A DNA stretch of 58,281 nucleotides, from positions 1 through 58,281 of the forward strand of contig KZ538619.1 of NCBI GenBank assembly GCA_000934665.2, written 5' to 3'. Position numbers and translations under genes: made by a program. The notes below the pieces were generated by a model that was not told where the DNA came from, made no database searches, and was given only the letters and a program-made list of their open reading frames with translations. This DNA comes from Catajapyx aquilonaris (taxonomy: Eukaryota). Below, piece by piece: positions 1 to 13,239 of this stretch (positions are counted from its first letter, which is position 1; every line of letters starts with the position of its first letter).

Positions 1-370
1 TGTCGAATGACTGTCCTTCTCCACCAAGGAACGCGGTCATTTCATCCTCGACTTGAGCCCCGTGCAAAAAAAAGTGGATTTATTTTTATTTTAAGTTCCC
101 ATTTAAGCCTGTCAAAGTTCATGTGACTTCATGCACAACTTCGCATTCACAATGTAACACATTCAGGTGCAATTTCTTTTACCAGTTCAGGTTCCATGTC
201 AAAATATATTTCAGAAGCCGAAATTTGGGTTCTTTCTGATTCCAACGACGTATCACACATTGCCAACAAGTCATTTTCAATTTTTGTCCCAGATGTTTAC
301 TTTTACGTGGAATTGCTCATCTGATTGCAAAGTACCTGCGCAGGTTAAATTACTTTCATTCCTTCCCCTA

Positions 371-895
371 TCAAAACTGACCTGTAGGGGCATATCCTCC
401 AGGGATGGCTTGTGCAGGCCGAGCAGCCCAGCATGGCATGGTTCTGATCAGGGCAGTCTGTAGTCCATTGAAACTCTCTGGTAATGGCTGAGAAGGCATG
501 TGGGTATGTGCATCTTGGCCCTTCAGATGTTGAGTGGCCAAGTGGGCCTTGCGGACTTCCCTTTTTTCAGCAAACGCGACATACAGGGGCTTGGTCCTCA
601 CAACGTGCCCATTCATCGTGGCGACAGCCTTTGCGGCGGCGGCGGGGGAGGAAAATGACACAAAGCCAAAGCCCTTAGACTTGCCTTCTGCATTAGTCGT
701 CACCTTGTGACTGGTGATTTTGCCAAATTGTTCAAACATCTTACAGAGTTTGTCATCATCCAAATCCTCACCGAAGTTTTTGATATACACATTGGTGATG
801 TTACCGGTCTTCTCCCTAAGCTCCTTCTTGCGCTCCTTGAGGGGAATGAATTTCCCTACGTATAGGTTCCTTCCATTTAGCATTAGTCCATTAAT
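371..895 (-). CDS. PABPC-like copy 1, exon 3 (hybrid RRM3/4 plus start of linker); probably spliced at 382 to an exon outside the window, otherwise stops at 371
   Basis: TAG acceptor; INGLMLNGRNLYVGKF..TNVYIKNFGED..KGFGFVSFSSP..TKPLYVAFAEKREVRKAHL; consensus donor ACAG|GTCAGT at 382/381. Confidence 0.88.
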   Translation of the reverse strand: MNGLMLNGRNLYVGKFIPLKERKKELREKTGNITNVYIKNFGEDLDDDKLCKMFEQFGKITSHKVTTNAEGKSKGFGFVSFSSPAAAAKAVATMNGHVVRTKPLYVAFAEKREVRKAHLATQHLKGQDAHTHMPSQPLPESFNGLQTALIRTMPCWAARPAQAIPGGYAPTGQF

Positions 896-1078
896 CTATA
901 AAGATATCATGTCTGATAAATAGCAATAACAGTAATATTAGAGTGTTTTTGCATTTTACATCGTTCAGGAAGCAAAACTTAACTAGTCACTAGGTTGTGC
1001 AATAACACTATATGGCAGTGATACTCATCCAACATTTAAAATGTGAAGTAACACAAGCAGACATAAAATAATACTAAC

Positions 1079-1359
1079 CTCATTGATGGCTTTGTTGGCT
1101 GCCTCCTCAGTCTCAAAATGGACATATCCATACCCTTTGGATACGCCATTATCATCAGTAGCAAGCTTGTAGCTTAGGATGTTGCCAAATGCAGAAAATT
1201 TGTCGTACAAGATCTTACTGCCAAGGGACTTGTCGATGTTCTTGACAAACAAATTTCCCACCCCTGAATTGCGCAAGGCAGGATTGCTCTGGGACCAGGA
1301 GAGGCGGATTGGTTTTCCCTTGATGTCAAGGTGTTGCATGGTATCTATTGCTTGCTGAG
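1079..1359 (-). CDS. PABPC-like copy 1, exon 2 (end of RRM1 plus RRM2)
   Basis: CAG acceptor; encodes [52 protein letters not shown] donor; 281 nt, phases 1/0 fit the neighbouring exons. Confidence 0.9.
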
Positions 1360-1640
1360 CTGTTTTTTAAGAGTGTTTTAGAGGTAAGAAATGGAAGATA
1401 ATGATACCAAGAGCTGATGATACCTATCACTATTACCCTATGGCAAAAAATATATAATTATGCTGTATATTCCAAATATATTGCTAACACTCCATTCCAG
1501 TAGCAGTAAAGTGTGTGTGCCTCCCAAAACATCCAAAAATTTGCATTTCTTGTTAACATTTCAAATTATTTAAAAAATGGCTTTATTATAATCATCAGTA
1601 ATATGCCATAATCATGTTGTATAGCTGAAGGCTAAAATTA

Positions 1641-2003
<363 letters not shown>

Positions 2004-3154
2004 TCATACACCTGATGATGCACCACATACAGCCCAAACCCAGCAGAATATGGAAGAGGAAAACTAAGGAGAGAAAAAACAAGGTGACATTTAACTTAGA
2101 TGCATCAATTGAGGAATTTAACTCATGAGAAAGTTAGGAAGAATCTTGACTAGAAGAAGCAGGCTCCCATAGCAGAGACTATACAATGTGGGGGAAGAAA
2201 AGCCACCAAATATTTGAAGCAATGAAAAAGGATCAAGCACTTGTTCTGAATTTACTCTTAATTCTACAATCACCTTTAAAGTGAACAGAAGCTAAAGTCT
2301 GATTGCACTACCCCTATAAAACATTTTTTGTGGGGCTGGCTCGCTCAGAAAAGTTTATTATATGCCTACACTCTTCTCAATAGTTGACAATAACAAAATA
2401 ATATCAAACTTTTCTGGCCCTTTTCCAGCCAAAAAAAGGGTTTTATGATGGAGGTGATGAAATCAAACCTTACTCAACAAACTTATTATGGTTAATAAAA
2501 TTTCATGCCCAACCTAAAACACCCAGTAGAATAAATTATGATAGAGCATTAAGTTATTTCAATAATTACTCTGCCCTGAGGTGGAGTACTACCCTTCCTC
2601 TGTTAGCAAGCAAATGCCAAGCAGGCACTAAGATTTCGTGGTACACAACACCTCAGGTAAAAACCATGGGTGTTCCTCAGACCCAAGTTTAAAATATATT
2701 TGCACTGAAAGTATTCCAGGAGGATTCACTGGGAAAGACTTAGTCAGATATTAACGGGGTTATTCCAGACCATGTAGGTCCTTAAACCCCGGGCCACGAA
2801 ATCTCTCTCTCTCACGAAATCTCTCTCTCTCACGAATGTTACCTTCTCTGCACAAAAATGACCACGCTCGTGTGAGGGCAGCTTCACAAGCCCCAGGTAG
2901 GCTCTACGCTCCCGAAACGACGTGTTTTTTTTGGCAGGAAACAGAAAATCGCTTCTAATACTTTTCCCTTCCTTGAGTCACAATGACAATGTAAACAAGC
3001 AGGGTGCCACTGAACTGCAGATCTGACCAGTTGCTAAGGTCAGCCAGATTTTTGCAACAACAATTGCCAACGTTGACATCACCATGGTGCATGGGGTTTA
3101 TAAACTGATCAAGCTGATCAGGGAAGTGGTGCTGCCAAACTCTCAAGTCACAAT

Positions 3155-3370
3155 GGGCCGTAGTCAACAGCAAGAGTTTAGTGCAGTGCTTTAAACCACG
3201 TGACCCAGTTCACTAAGGAAAGTCGCATGCAGAGTGCGCTTTAGGCCTAGTGCGGGCCTAGTGCGGACTTAGTGTGATCCTGCTAAAGCGGCGGTGCACT
3301 AAGGCAAAACTTAGTGAAGGGGGACACCTTCTTTTGCGTCGCACTAACCTTTCACTAACCCCGGACAGGC
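3155..3370. mobile_element. DNA transposon end fragment (possibly PIF/Harbinger-like)
   Basis: Begins GGGCC exactly where the duplication homology breaks; shares cacgtgac/cactaa/gcatgcagag/ctagtg motifs with 34400-34563. Confidence 0.3.
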
Positions 3371-4849
3371 AATGGAGGGTGGACTCAGCTCACAAACGTC
3401 TCCAGACGGCCAGCACGACCGTGAGCACGACTACTATCAGTTTATTTAATATAGAGCCCTGTGTTTGACTCTAAATAACTCCCAGGCAAATTATCCAAAA
3501 ATATTATGGTATGTATCGTTAGAAAGCTTGTTTAAATCCACGTTACATATATGCGAGTTGTTTTCGTATCGTCCGTCTCTAATTTTCTATCGTAAAAAGT
3601 AGGCGGAAAAGTGTCATTTTTTGACTAGTTTCCGACGTTGCACCGCAAAGTGAACTTTTTATGACACTTTCAGGAGGCCAAAAAAATCCCCCTGTGATCC
3701 CTGGGTAGTGCACATCTTTGTCTATCTAATGATATATTTGAAACATTGAGATCGCCATTTCTGTAATCATAATTAAGTTAATTGCACACCTCTGTTATCC
3801 CGGCCGTTTATAATCCGAATTACTTCGCGAATGTATCGGCGGCTAGCCAGAAATGTGTGTCATAAGATTACATTGTGCTCTATTACACTAAAAATTTTAA
3901 ACGTATTTAAAAGTATCGCTGTCTATTCCCGCCAGAAAGCGGGCTGGGTCCTTTTCTATTAAACTTACTAAAACAATACTTTTCAAATTTTTAGTGTAAT
4001 AGTGGTACCCTACCTCTATTAGCAAGCAAATGCCATTCAGGCACTAATGTTTCATGATACACAACACCTCAGGGAAAAACCATGGGTATACTAAGGGGTG
4101 TTTCGCAGACCCAAGTGTAAAATATTTGCACTGAAAGTATTCCAGGAGGATTCACTATAGGAAAGACTGAAAATATCTCATGAATATTACCTTCTCTCCA
4201 CAAAAATGACCACCACCGTGTGAGGGCAGCTTCACAAGCCCCAGGTAGGCTCTATTCTCCCGAAATGACGTGTATTTTGGCAGAGAAGAGAAAATCCCTT
4301 CTAATACTGTTCATTCCTCGAGTCACAATGACAATGTAAACAAGCAGGGTGCCACTGACCTGCAGCTCTGACCAGTTGCTAAGGTAAGCCAGATTGTTGT
4401 AACAACACAATTATTGCCAACTTTGACACCATGGTGCATGGGGTTTATGAAATTGATCGAGCCGATCAGGGAAGTGGTGCTAAACTCTCAAGTCACAATG
4501 ACATTAACTGATATGTGTCTCTTTCCCAGAATTGGTATAGGCCAGCACTGATTCTACCCACCTAAATGCATTCTTCTAACATAACTTATTACAGTATGCC
4601 TATAGATGTACTGTACGTCTGTACCCCACATTCTGCTGAGAAACAGCCACTCAGCCTAAATGAGGATACATTTAAGTATATTATTTATTTATTTATGATT
4701 TATGATGATATTGTAGTGGCATTACTCCCTGAAGCTGGTTTGTCAATTTTCACCAATTGAGGCCTACACATTTGATTTTTTGATTTTTTTTTTTTAGCTG
4801 TAGCAAGTAAGTATCTGTAGCAAGTTGGAGTATAGGATCATAATTATAT

Positions 4850-6200
4850 TTGTGCTTAAGACGCTGAATCAGAAATATACCTCTAAGAAATGAGGAAAAT
4901 TATATTTATGCACTATTTGTCAATTTAGCAAAAGTGTTTGATTACAACAAACCTTTTGCAAAACTCTTGTCTCTGGGTGTAAGCCAAAGTAGGTTTATGA
5001 ATATTCTACAATCAATATATTCCATGGCTAATATTATCTCACAAGATGGCAAGCAAAAAAATACCTATAACTCGAGGAGTATTCCAAGGGGAGCCATTGA
5101 GTCCACTGCTATTTAACCTTCTTTCTAGCTGATCTACCATTAATATTTGAATAAAACGAGATAACAGAGATATTTAGTATAAACGACGCAGAAATAAATT
5201 CCTTGCAATTTGCTGACGATTTGCGAACAATCCGTTGGATTTGATAAAGAGCTTAAATGCAATGGGAAATTATTTTGATGCGAACGAACTCACTTCAAAT
5301 GTGCTTAAAACAAAAGTGATCATTTTTCGTAAAGGGGGAAAAATTTCCGTCAAAGATAGCTTCTATTGGAATCGATTCAGTTTCAGTAACTTATACAAAT
5401 ATTTAGGAGTTCCATGTGCAGCTTCAGAGCAAACGGCTCAGGTAGCACAGTATTTTTTAACTAAAGGTTTTGCATCATAAAGGCCCTTTGGCCTTCATTG
5501 ATTAATTTAAAATTAAGAGACATTAGAACGGCCTTCAATCTTTTTGACACAAAAATTATTCCCATTTCACTTTATGGCTCAATGTTTCTGGGCCCTTGAC
5601 TGATTAGACGACGTAGAGAGGATTCACACTTATTTTCCTAAAAAGTTTTTCACTCTTCCTCAGAAGATTGCAGGATATTTTGCCCAGTTGGAGACAGTGC
5701 AAAATATCCTGCAATGGAGACATCTTTCAGTGAATAGATTAAAATAACTATATTAGCCTTTTTGATATAAAAATTAGCTCTCCCATACGACAGGTGGAGT
5801 AAGTTGGCACTGCATGGGTTGCTTAATTATTAATCTGACCCATGCACCTGATGAACTCAAGTGGGCGAGATCAGTGAAGGAATATATTATTCTGGAGCTC
5901 AGAATTTTCCTGGAATGGTTCCTGAAGGGAGACTTTGAAAACAAACAAGTTTTGGTTAAAAATCATATAAGTGCAACACTGAAACAAGTTAGGACGCATT
6001 TGCCAAATTCGTCCCATTATAACTACTGGTATTATATTGAATTATCTCCAGACACAGGCCTTTCTCAATATTTTCTTATTCTCTCCCCCTTACATATATC
6101 CGATGTGAGCAACCTTAGAAACTCATCATATTCTTTTTATGTTAAAATCTACCAATTTCGTTTCCCTCCTGACTCCTTGATTGCTGTTTCATCTTACATT
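4850..6200 (+). mobile_element. Decayed non-LTR retrotransposon reverse transcriptase (L2/CR1-group-like)
   Basis: Frameshifted RT motifs YALFVNLAKVFD, GVFQGEPLSPLLF, LQFADDL, KTKVIIFRKGG and YKYLGV. Boundaries approximate. Confidence 0.75.
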
Positions 6201-8199
6201 ATACTGTAGTTATTTTTAACTGGTTATTACAAGGAACAAACTTGTTGGAATACCCAAACTCCCTTCAAATAAAATTCACATATTGTTCGCTCCCATGCCA
6301 ATAGACCTACATGCTATACAACAAATTTATCCATTTTTTCCTCCCTAGTTGTGTACTTGAAATTTTGCGACATTGAACTAAGTATAAAATTTTGATTTAA
6401 TATGATCAATGTAAATATTTGTTTGGGTAGTCTTCCCCGAAATACCCAAGGGTGCATGGGGAATAATAAAATTAGTATTATTATTAGTTCTATGTTCACT
6501 TCATCTTCATGTGCACATAACTGCACATTTTTTCAAAAAGGCGACAGCATTTATCGGGGTAGCATGATGATACCCTGACAAAAGGAGCAATTATCTGTCT
6601 TAAAATTAAATGAATCTATAACTGTGGAGTCGAGTTGATCATTGGGTGTTTCATTCGAAGTCAAATTATGTGAAATTCGCTACTTTTCAGCTTCAAAATT
6701 ACAGAAATGTTGTGGCCATGTCATGACAAATACACGTGAAATGGAAGCAATTCTCGTCCAAGCATTCCCGTCTTTGGACACAATGTGCGCAGAGGAAGAA
6801 ATCCACAAGGCCGTTGGGAAAAGTGCCGAGTTTTTTTAAATCATAAGAAGTAGCTCTGAATATTGTATCGGCCTGTTTCACTATGCAATTGACAACTTGT
6901 ACCAATTGCAGAACCTTTTGTAGTAAAAAGGTAGGATATCAAATCAAATCAAATCAAAAAAAGGTAGGATATGAATTCCACATTGGAAGTGGCTCGTGCC
7001 ACAGGGGCCGCAAATGATTTCTGCCACAAAAAGTTATTTTCATATGATCCACAGTTCGTTATAGGCAGGTTTTGCTGTAGGCTACAAAGAGGCCATTCCA
7101 CATGTATAAATGTCAACAAAGCCTTAAATGAAGTTTTCTGTTTGTGCCATTGTTGCCTTGTTGAAGGTGTCTTAAATGGGAATGTGTTGCTTGCTGCAGG
7201 CTAAAGGAGGCTCAAAGAGTGCTTCTAGCCCACCACGCCAAATAAGCTACAGTATCAGCTTCAAGGACTGAGGCAAATATGAGTTAGAGGCAGCTTAGTG
7301 CTCACTGCATAATTATGTCCTTGCATATTTCCCCCCACACTCCATCCCTCACATTTCACATACAGCCAGTCCAGAGACAAACACAATCATTGATCCCCAT
7401 CCCCAAGCACACGACCCAATGACATGTGAAGTTAGCATAGTTTCCCAAAATGATTTCCATTATCAGTTTGTTTCATTTGTGTTCAAAATAGGAATTTAGC
7501 GTGGGGTTGATGCCGGTACCCAGGAATGATAACACATGAGACAGCCTGGTTTTGATAATGACCGGCTCATATCTAATAGTCAATAAACATTTTATTTTCA
7601 CCCTCTGGATTTTCAGTAACTATAGAAAAGACATTTCTACTGTTATTCAAAACTTGTTAAAAATATTGAACTGTGAGAAAAATCAAAGTAAATTTTCTGA
7701 AAGAAAAGCGAAAGATCCCACAACCAGGGAGGGGGCAATGATGTAGGGTACAACTGTATACAGTGTATCTGGTCAATTAAATTTTTATTTTTTTTCTCTA
7801 GATTTAGAGGAAATCTCCATAAGACATGGCCACTTTTAATGTAAGTGCAATACACAATATTTAAAATATAACTTTGGAAAAAATTATAAATTATAATTAT
7901 AAAATTATAGAATGAAATAAAATATAAACTAATGAGCATCATGACCAAATAAAAATTTATCTAATCCATAAAATGTTAATTTTCTCAGGATTTAAAGACA
8001 TCTCAATCATTTTAAGGCTTTCTTTGAGTGCAAATCTTTGCCAATAGTAAAGGAGCTTGACGAAAATCTACTTGAATGATCACTTTGAATTATGGCATAA
8101 GGATTTAACACTTTTTGTTCTTAAAAAGCTTATTTTTATCATCTTTAAGGCCATTCAAGTAGATTTTCAACAGTCATCAACTTGGTTATTTTCTCCGCC

Positions 8200-8576
8200 T
8201 TATGTGGTTCTCCAACCCCAGCCAGGCTGCTGCTGTGCTATTCCCAATTCTGCAGCCATCCCATCTCCACCACATGACTTGCATCTGTTAGCAGTGGAAT
8301 TGTAGCCAGCAGGAGAACCACCACCAACAACCCCAACTCGTCCTGGAAGCATGTGTCCTCGTCCATCAGCCACATATTGCTGCTGGTCTGTGGCAATAAA
8401 CGCTGCAGCTGGTCCACTCCCCATAGGGCCCCCAGCCACCATGGAAGCTCCCAAAACAGGCTGCTGTCCGAAAAATGTGTAATTGCATATTGAACTGCCA
8501 ATGAAATTAGCCTGAGAAGTAGACGTAGTGGAATGGCTGGCATTGGTGTGGACCTGGGCCTGCATGCTATTCAAAC
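8200..8576 (-). CDS. PABPC-like copy 2, probable terminal exon 4 (Gly/Gln/Ala-rich linker, no MLLE); predicted protein about 447 aa
   Basis: Acceptor TTTTTCAG|GT matches the phase-1 donor of exon 3 (G+GT=Gly). Motifs GQQPVLGASM and GYNSTANR resemble the arthropod PABP linker motifs (ITGQQ..GANM; YKYTANMRN), recalled from memory. Confidence 0.65.
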
Positions 8577-9887
8577 CTGAAAAATTAAATCATATTGGTT
8601 TAGAAATGACTAGGTTGAACTCTCTGAGACAACACACTACAAGGCCTTCACACATTTCATTCCTAGTGACCTACAATATATTACAACCTGTGCAATATAC
8701 ACTAATTCAGCAGCAATTTTTGTTTTGTTTTGCACATTGTGACAGAGACACCAATTAGGCAAATTAAGGTACAGCACCAGCCACCAGACATGAATCAGGT
8801 TCATCTTGAAAGGTGGGCCATCAGCACCACCATGCAGAGACCAAACAGGCATGGAAATGAAAACAGCTGTAACCACTTCCCGCTTATACAACTACACTCC
8901 AAGAGAGTCTTCATTTAAAAGGTCTGTTTGGCCTAGGCAGGGTGATGCTGGTGGTCCACTTTAGGATAAACCTAATTCAGGTCTAGCACATGACATTTCC
9001 CCAGGAAGAGGAAATAAGCCAAGTGCATCATGTTTGTAACAGACCCCAGAATCAGCAGAAGCTTGTCCGTTTTAGAACTCTTGGTCCTCTGGAGGATATT
9101 TCATGTGCTTCTCTCAAATTACAAAACATATTCAGTGTTGACACTTTCAATTAATAGAAAAGCTGCAATTGTAACCAAAAGACACCGAGTTTCACTCTTT
9201 CATCCAATGTTATTAATAATTAATCATAAAAAATAACCTCCACCGGAAATTATAACCAGGGACAGGAAAGTCAATCCCTATTAAAGCTTTCTTTCTTTAT
9301 GTTGTGTATGAATTCTTGAAGTTATGTAGTTCACTGCCAAAGCATTCCATGGAAACCACGTCAAATTTTGAGCATCCCTTTATTGTATCCAGATGATGTT
9401 CCCATTTTAAAATAAAACAGCTGTTCTTCTAAATAACTGCCACTACAACTCAACAAAGTCACTATAATCAATGTGGATGTCACTCAGGCCATGTTGCACA
9501 ATAATAATTATTGCCAGAGAAAAGCTTCACAGAATTTGCAGGAAAATGAAATATCATTGCTGTCAACAATAAACAAGAATGGAATATTTCATTTTCCTGC
9601 TAATTTACCAGCTGAGGATGCTTTGTGACAGTGATGCAACCAGTCATCAATAGATCCAAGTTAAAGGGGCAGACAACCCAAATAGGAAGAATTGAAAATA
9701 TACCACTAAAAGAGGTCATGATGATGGCTACTGTCTGATTTATTCAACTCCCGACCCACGTCACAAAGCCCCCCTTCCCGTCCACCGGTCCATGGACTGT
9801 ACTTGTTACCAACCTAACCTCACACTTGTGGTATCACAAACAATGTTGTAATTAAATCATACGGCATACATTTGCGATATAAATTAT

Positions 9888-10190
9888 AATTATTATTATT
9901 ATAATTCATACCCCATTATCAGCCTGCAGCTCTTTAGTGGGGGAGTTCATCCCAATTTTTGTTTTGACTGGAACTCATTGCTTTCATTTTTACTTTGCTT
10001 TTTGGGATAGGATAGGGATGGAAGGAAGCGGCTGTGGCCTAATTATTTAGGAAGCAATCCTGGAATTCTCCTGGGGTGACCGTGGGAAACCGCAGAAAAC
10101 CGCGGTTAGGCTTGCCAGCCCCGGGACTCGAACCCAGGACCTCCCGATTAGCAGTTGAACACCTTATCCACTCCACCAAACTGCTCCGGT
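9888..10190 (-). mobile_element. tRNA-derived SINE (Talua/Deu-like body)
   Basis: A and B boxes (tggtggagtgg; ggttcgagtcc), body ggttttctgcggtttccc..aggccacagccgcttcctt, AT-rich tail, flanking direct repeat gatataaattat. Confidence 0.75.
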
Positions 10191-10273
10191 GTGATATAAA
10201 TTATTAATGCAAGTGTTCATTGACACTCGGCGTATTCCCTTGTCATGGACAGAAAGGAACAGCATTGACTATA

Positions 10274-10773
10274 CAGGGTGTTTCCTGTAATTCGGGACAG
10301 ACTTCTAGGGTGTGTAGGCGCTGCCTCGGGAAGCAATTTGAGATTGGACACCCATGGTCGGAAATCCATCGCAATGGAGCTAGAAAGCCTCAAAGGTCCA
10401 TTTCCATCCCAATTACTGTAACAATACGAGTACATTATTGTTGTTTTATTCCATTGTGCTCATTGTTTAGTTGTTATAAACAATTTTTTTCATCATCATC
10501 ATTCATCATTTACTTCACGGCAAAATAATCCCATAGAGGGGTAGCCAGCGGAGTACAGGTTGCCCCTGTCCCCCTCGTATGACCACAACAATATGACCAC
10601 AACAATTTTTTTCAATAATTGTATAATATATTGTTGCACTAATGGGATTTTGAAGGTCCTGTATAGCCTTTGGGATGGGTTTCTGACCATGGGTGTCCCA
10701 TCTCAAATAATTGCTTCTCTAGGCAGCCCCTATACACACCCTAGAAGTCTGTCCCATTACAGGAAACACCCTA
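10274..10773. mobile_element. Tc1/mariner-type MITE
   Basis: TA-cagggtgtttcctgtaat ... attacaggaaacaccct(a)-TA; imperfect TIRs of about 150 bp. Confidence 0.8.
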
Positions 10774-11742
10774 TATATTGCATTTATGGTGACAGTGGTG
10801 ACCACCTGTGTGAGGTTAGGTTGGTAACAAGTACAGTCCGTGGAAGGGTGGATGGGTGGAGGAGAAGGGGGGCTTGGTGACGTGGGTCAGGAGTTGAATA
10901 AATCAGACAGTAGTTGGTTTTCTCAGAGACCAAGCCTCCCCCTTCCCCTTCCCACATTCTCTCTACCTTCCTTCCCATTGCTTGCAGAAATGGTTCCAAA
11001 ACTGTTCTGATATACACATCCTTGATATGAAGTTTTTGCAGCACGAATGGAAGGACTGGGTATGCTTATTTATGCTTCCTGGAAAAACATTTGCATAATA
11101 TCTGCCTCTCTCTTCACCCACCCTGCCCACGACAGCCATGAAGCTGACTTTCACATGGTAGTGGATTGGCTTGATATTCACTCCTTGCTGCAAATGCGTC
11201 ACATCAGGGATTCATCCAATGCACTGGCAATTTACAGTATGTGGGGGTGGAGCAAGTGTCCAAACAACCATTCAAACAGGGCACTCACACTAATGAGTAA
11301 TATTTCCTGCCTTCAAGCCTTTTATGCAACCCCCAGGATCCGGAAACCACAATTTTCCCACATTCAAAGCATCCAATTCCTAATGTCAATTTGACTTGTG
11401 CTTCTAATAATAACAATTTTATTATAATAATGGATACCCCGTGATAGGCCTCCTTAATTTCACTTGCAATAAGAAATAATGCACTGAAAGATATCAGGTA
11501 TGGTCCTAAAGTTCAAATACTGTAATGTAGTTGGACAACCCTTTGTGGAATGGCTGCCTATCACATTACCATCCTCTCCAGCAAGTACAACTCTCAACAC
11601 CATTTTGCTATGCTCAAGAGAACATTAATCACATGCCATTTGGAGTATCATATGCAAGCAAGTAAATGGGAACTTGACCATCTGATTGCAAAGTACCTGC
11701 GCAGGTTAAATTACTTTCATTCCTTCCCCTATCAAAACTGAC

Positions 11743-12253
11743 CTGCAGGGGCATATCCTCCAGGGATGGCTTGTGCAGGCTGAGCAGGCCAGCATGGCAT
11801 GGTTCTGATCCGGGCAGTCTGTAGTCCATTGAAACTCTCTGGTAATGGCTGAGAAGGCATGTGGGCATGTGCATCTTGGCCCTGCAGATGTTGAGTGGCC
11901 AAGTGGGCCTTGCGGACTTCCCTTTTTTCAGCAAACGCGACATACAGGGGCTTGGTCTTCACAACGTGCCCATTCATTGTGGCGACAGCCTTTGCGGCGG
12001 CGTCGGCGGAGGAAAATGACACAAAGCCAAAGCCCTTAGACTTGCCTTCTGCATTAGTCGTCACCTTGTGACTGGTGATCTTGCCAAATTGTTCAAACAT
12101 CTTACAGAGCTTTTCATCATCCAAATCCTCACCAAAGTTTTTGATATACACATTGGTGAAGTTATCGGTCTCCCTAAGCTCCTTCCCGCGCTCCTTGCGG
12201 GGAATGAATTTCCCTACGTATAGGTTCCTTCCATTTAGCATTAGTCCATTAAT
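11743..12253 (-). CDS. PABPC-like copy 2, exon 3 (hybrid RRM3/4 plus linker); read-through stop at 11732 if unspliced
   Basis: Homologous to copy 1 exon 3 with an in-frame 3-nt deletion; phase-1 donor GCAG|GTCAGT. Confidence 0.88.
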
Positions 12254-12432
12254 CTATAAGAATATCATGTCTGAGAAATAGCAATAACAGCAATATTTGA
12301 GTGTTTTTGCATTTTACATCGTTCAGGAAGCAAAACTTCACTACACTAGGTTGTGCAATAACACTATGGCAGTGATACTCATCCAACATTTAAAATGTGA
12401 AGTAACACCAGCAGACATAAAATAATGCTAAC

Positions 12433-12713
12433 CTCATTGATGGCTCTGTTGGCGGCCTCCTCAGTCTCAAATTGGACATATCCATACCCTTTGGATACGC
12501 CATTATCATCAGTGGCAAGCTTGTAGCTTAGGATGTTGCCAAAGGCAGAAAATTTGTCATGGAAGATCTTACTGCCAACTGACTTGTCGATATTCTTGAC
12601 AAACAAATTTCCCACCCCTGAATTGCGCAAGCCAGGATCGCTCTGGGACCAGGAGAGGCGGATTGGTTTTCCCTTGATGTCAAGGTGTTGCATGGTATCT
12701 ATCGCTTGCTGAG
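12433..12713 (-). CDS. PABPC-like copy 2, exon 2 (RRM2)
   Basis: 281 nt, same splice sites as copy 1; RNP1 reads KGYGYVQF. Confidence 0.9.
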
Positions 12714-12948
12714 CTGTTTTTTAAGAAAGTGTTTTAGAGGTAAGAAATGGAAGATAATGATACCTATCACTGTTACCCTATGGCAAAAAATATAATTATA
12801 TGCTGTATTATAATCATCAGTAATATGCCATAATCATGTTGTATAGCTGAAGGCTAAAATTACAACACAGAAAACAACCACAACACGAACATGGAGTAAA
12901 CTGGCAAAGTGGCCAAATTCAGAACAACAATATTGTATGAGAGATTTA

Positions 12949-13239
<291 letters not shown>

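Larger units (their letters stand above)
9731..10910. mobile_element. TA-flanked MITE with about 100-bp TIRs carrying nested insertions
   Basis: TA-ctgtctgatttattcaactc ... gagttgaataaatcagacag-TA. Confidence 0.75.

Noticed and set aside
8640..9130. Coding-looking minus-strand stretch upstream of PABP-like exon 4
   Set aside because: Several stops, no recognisable homology and no clear splice pair.
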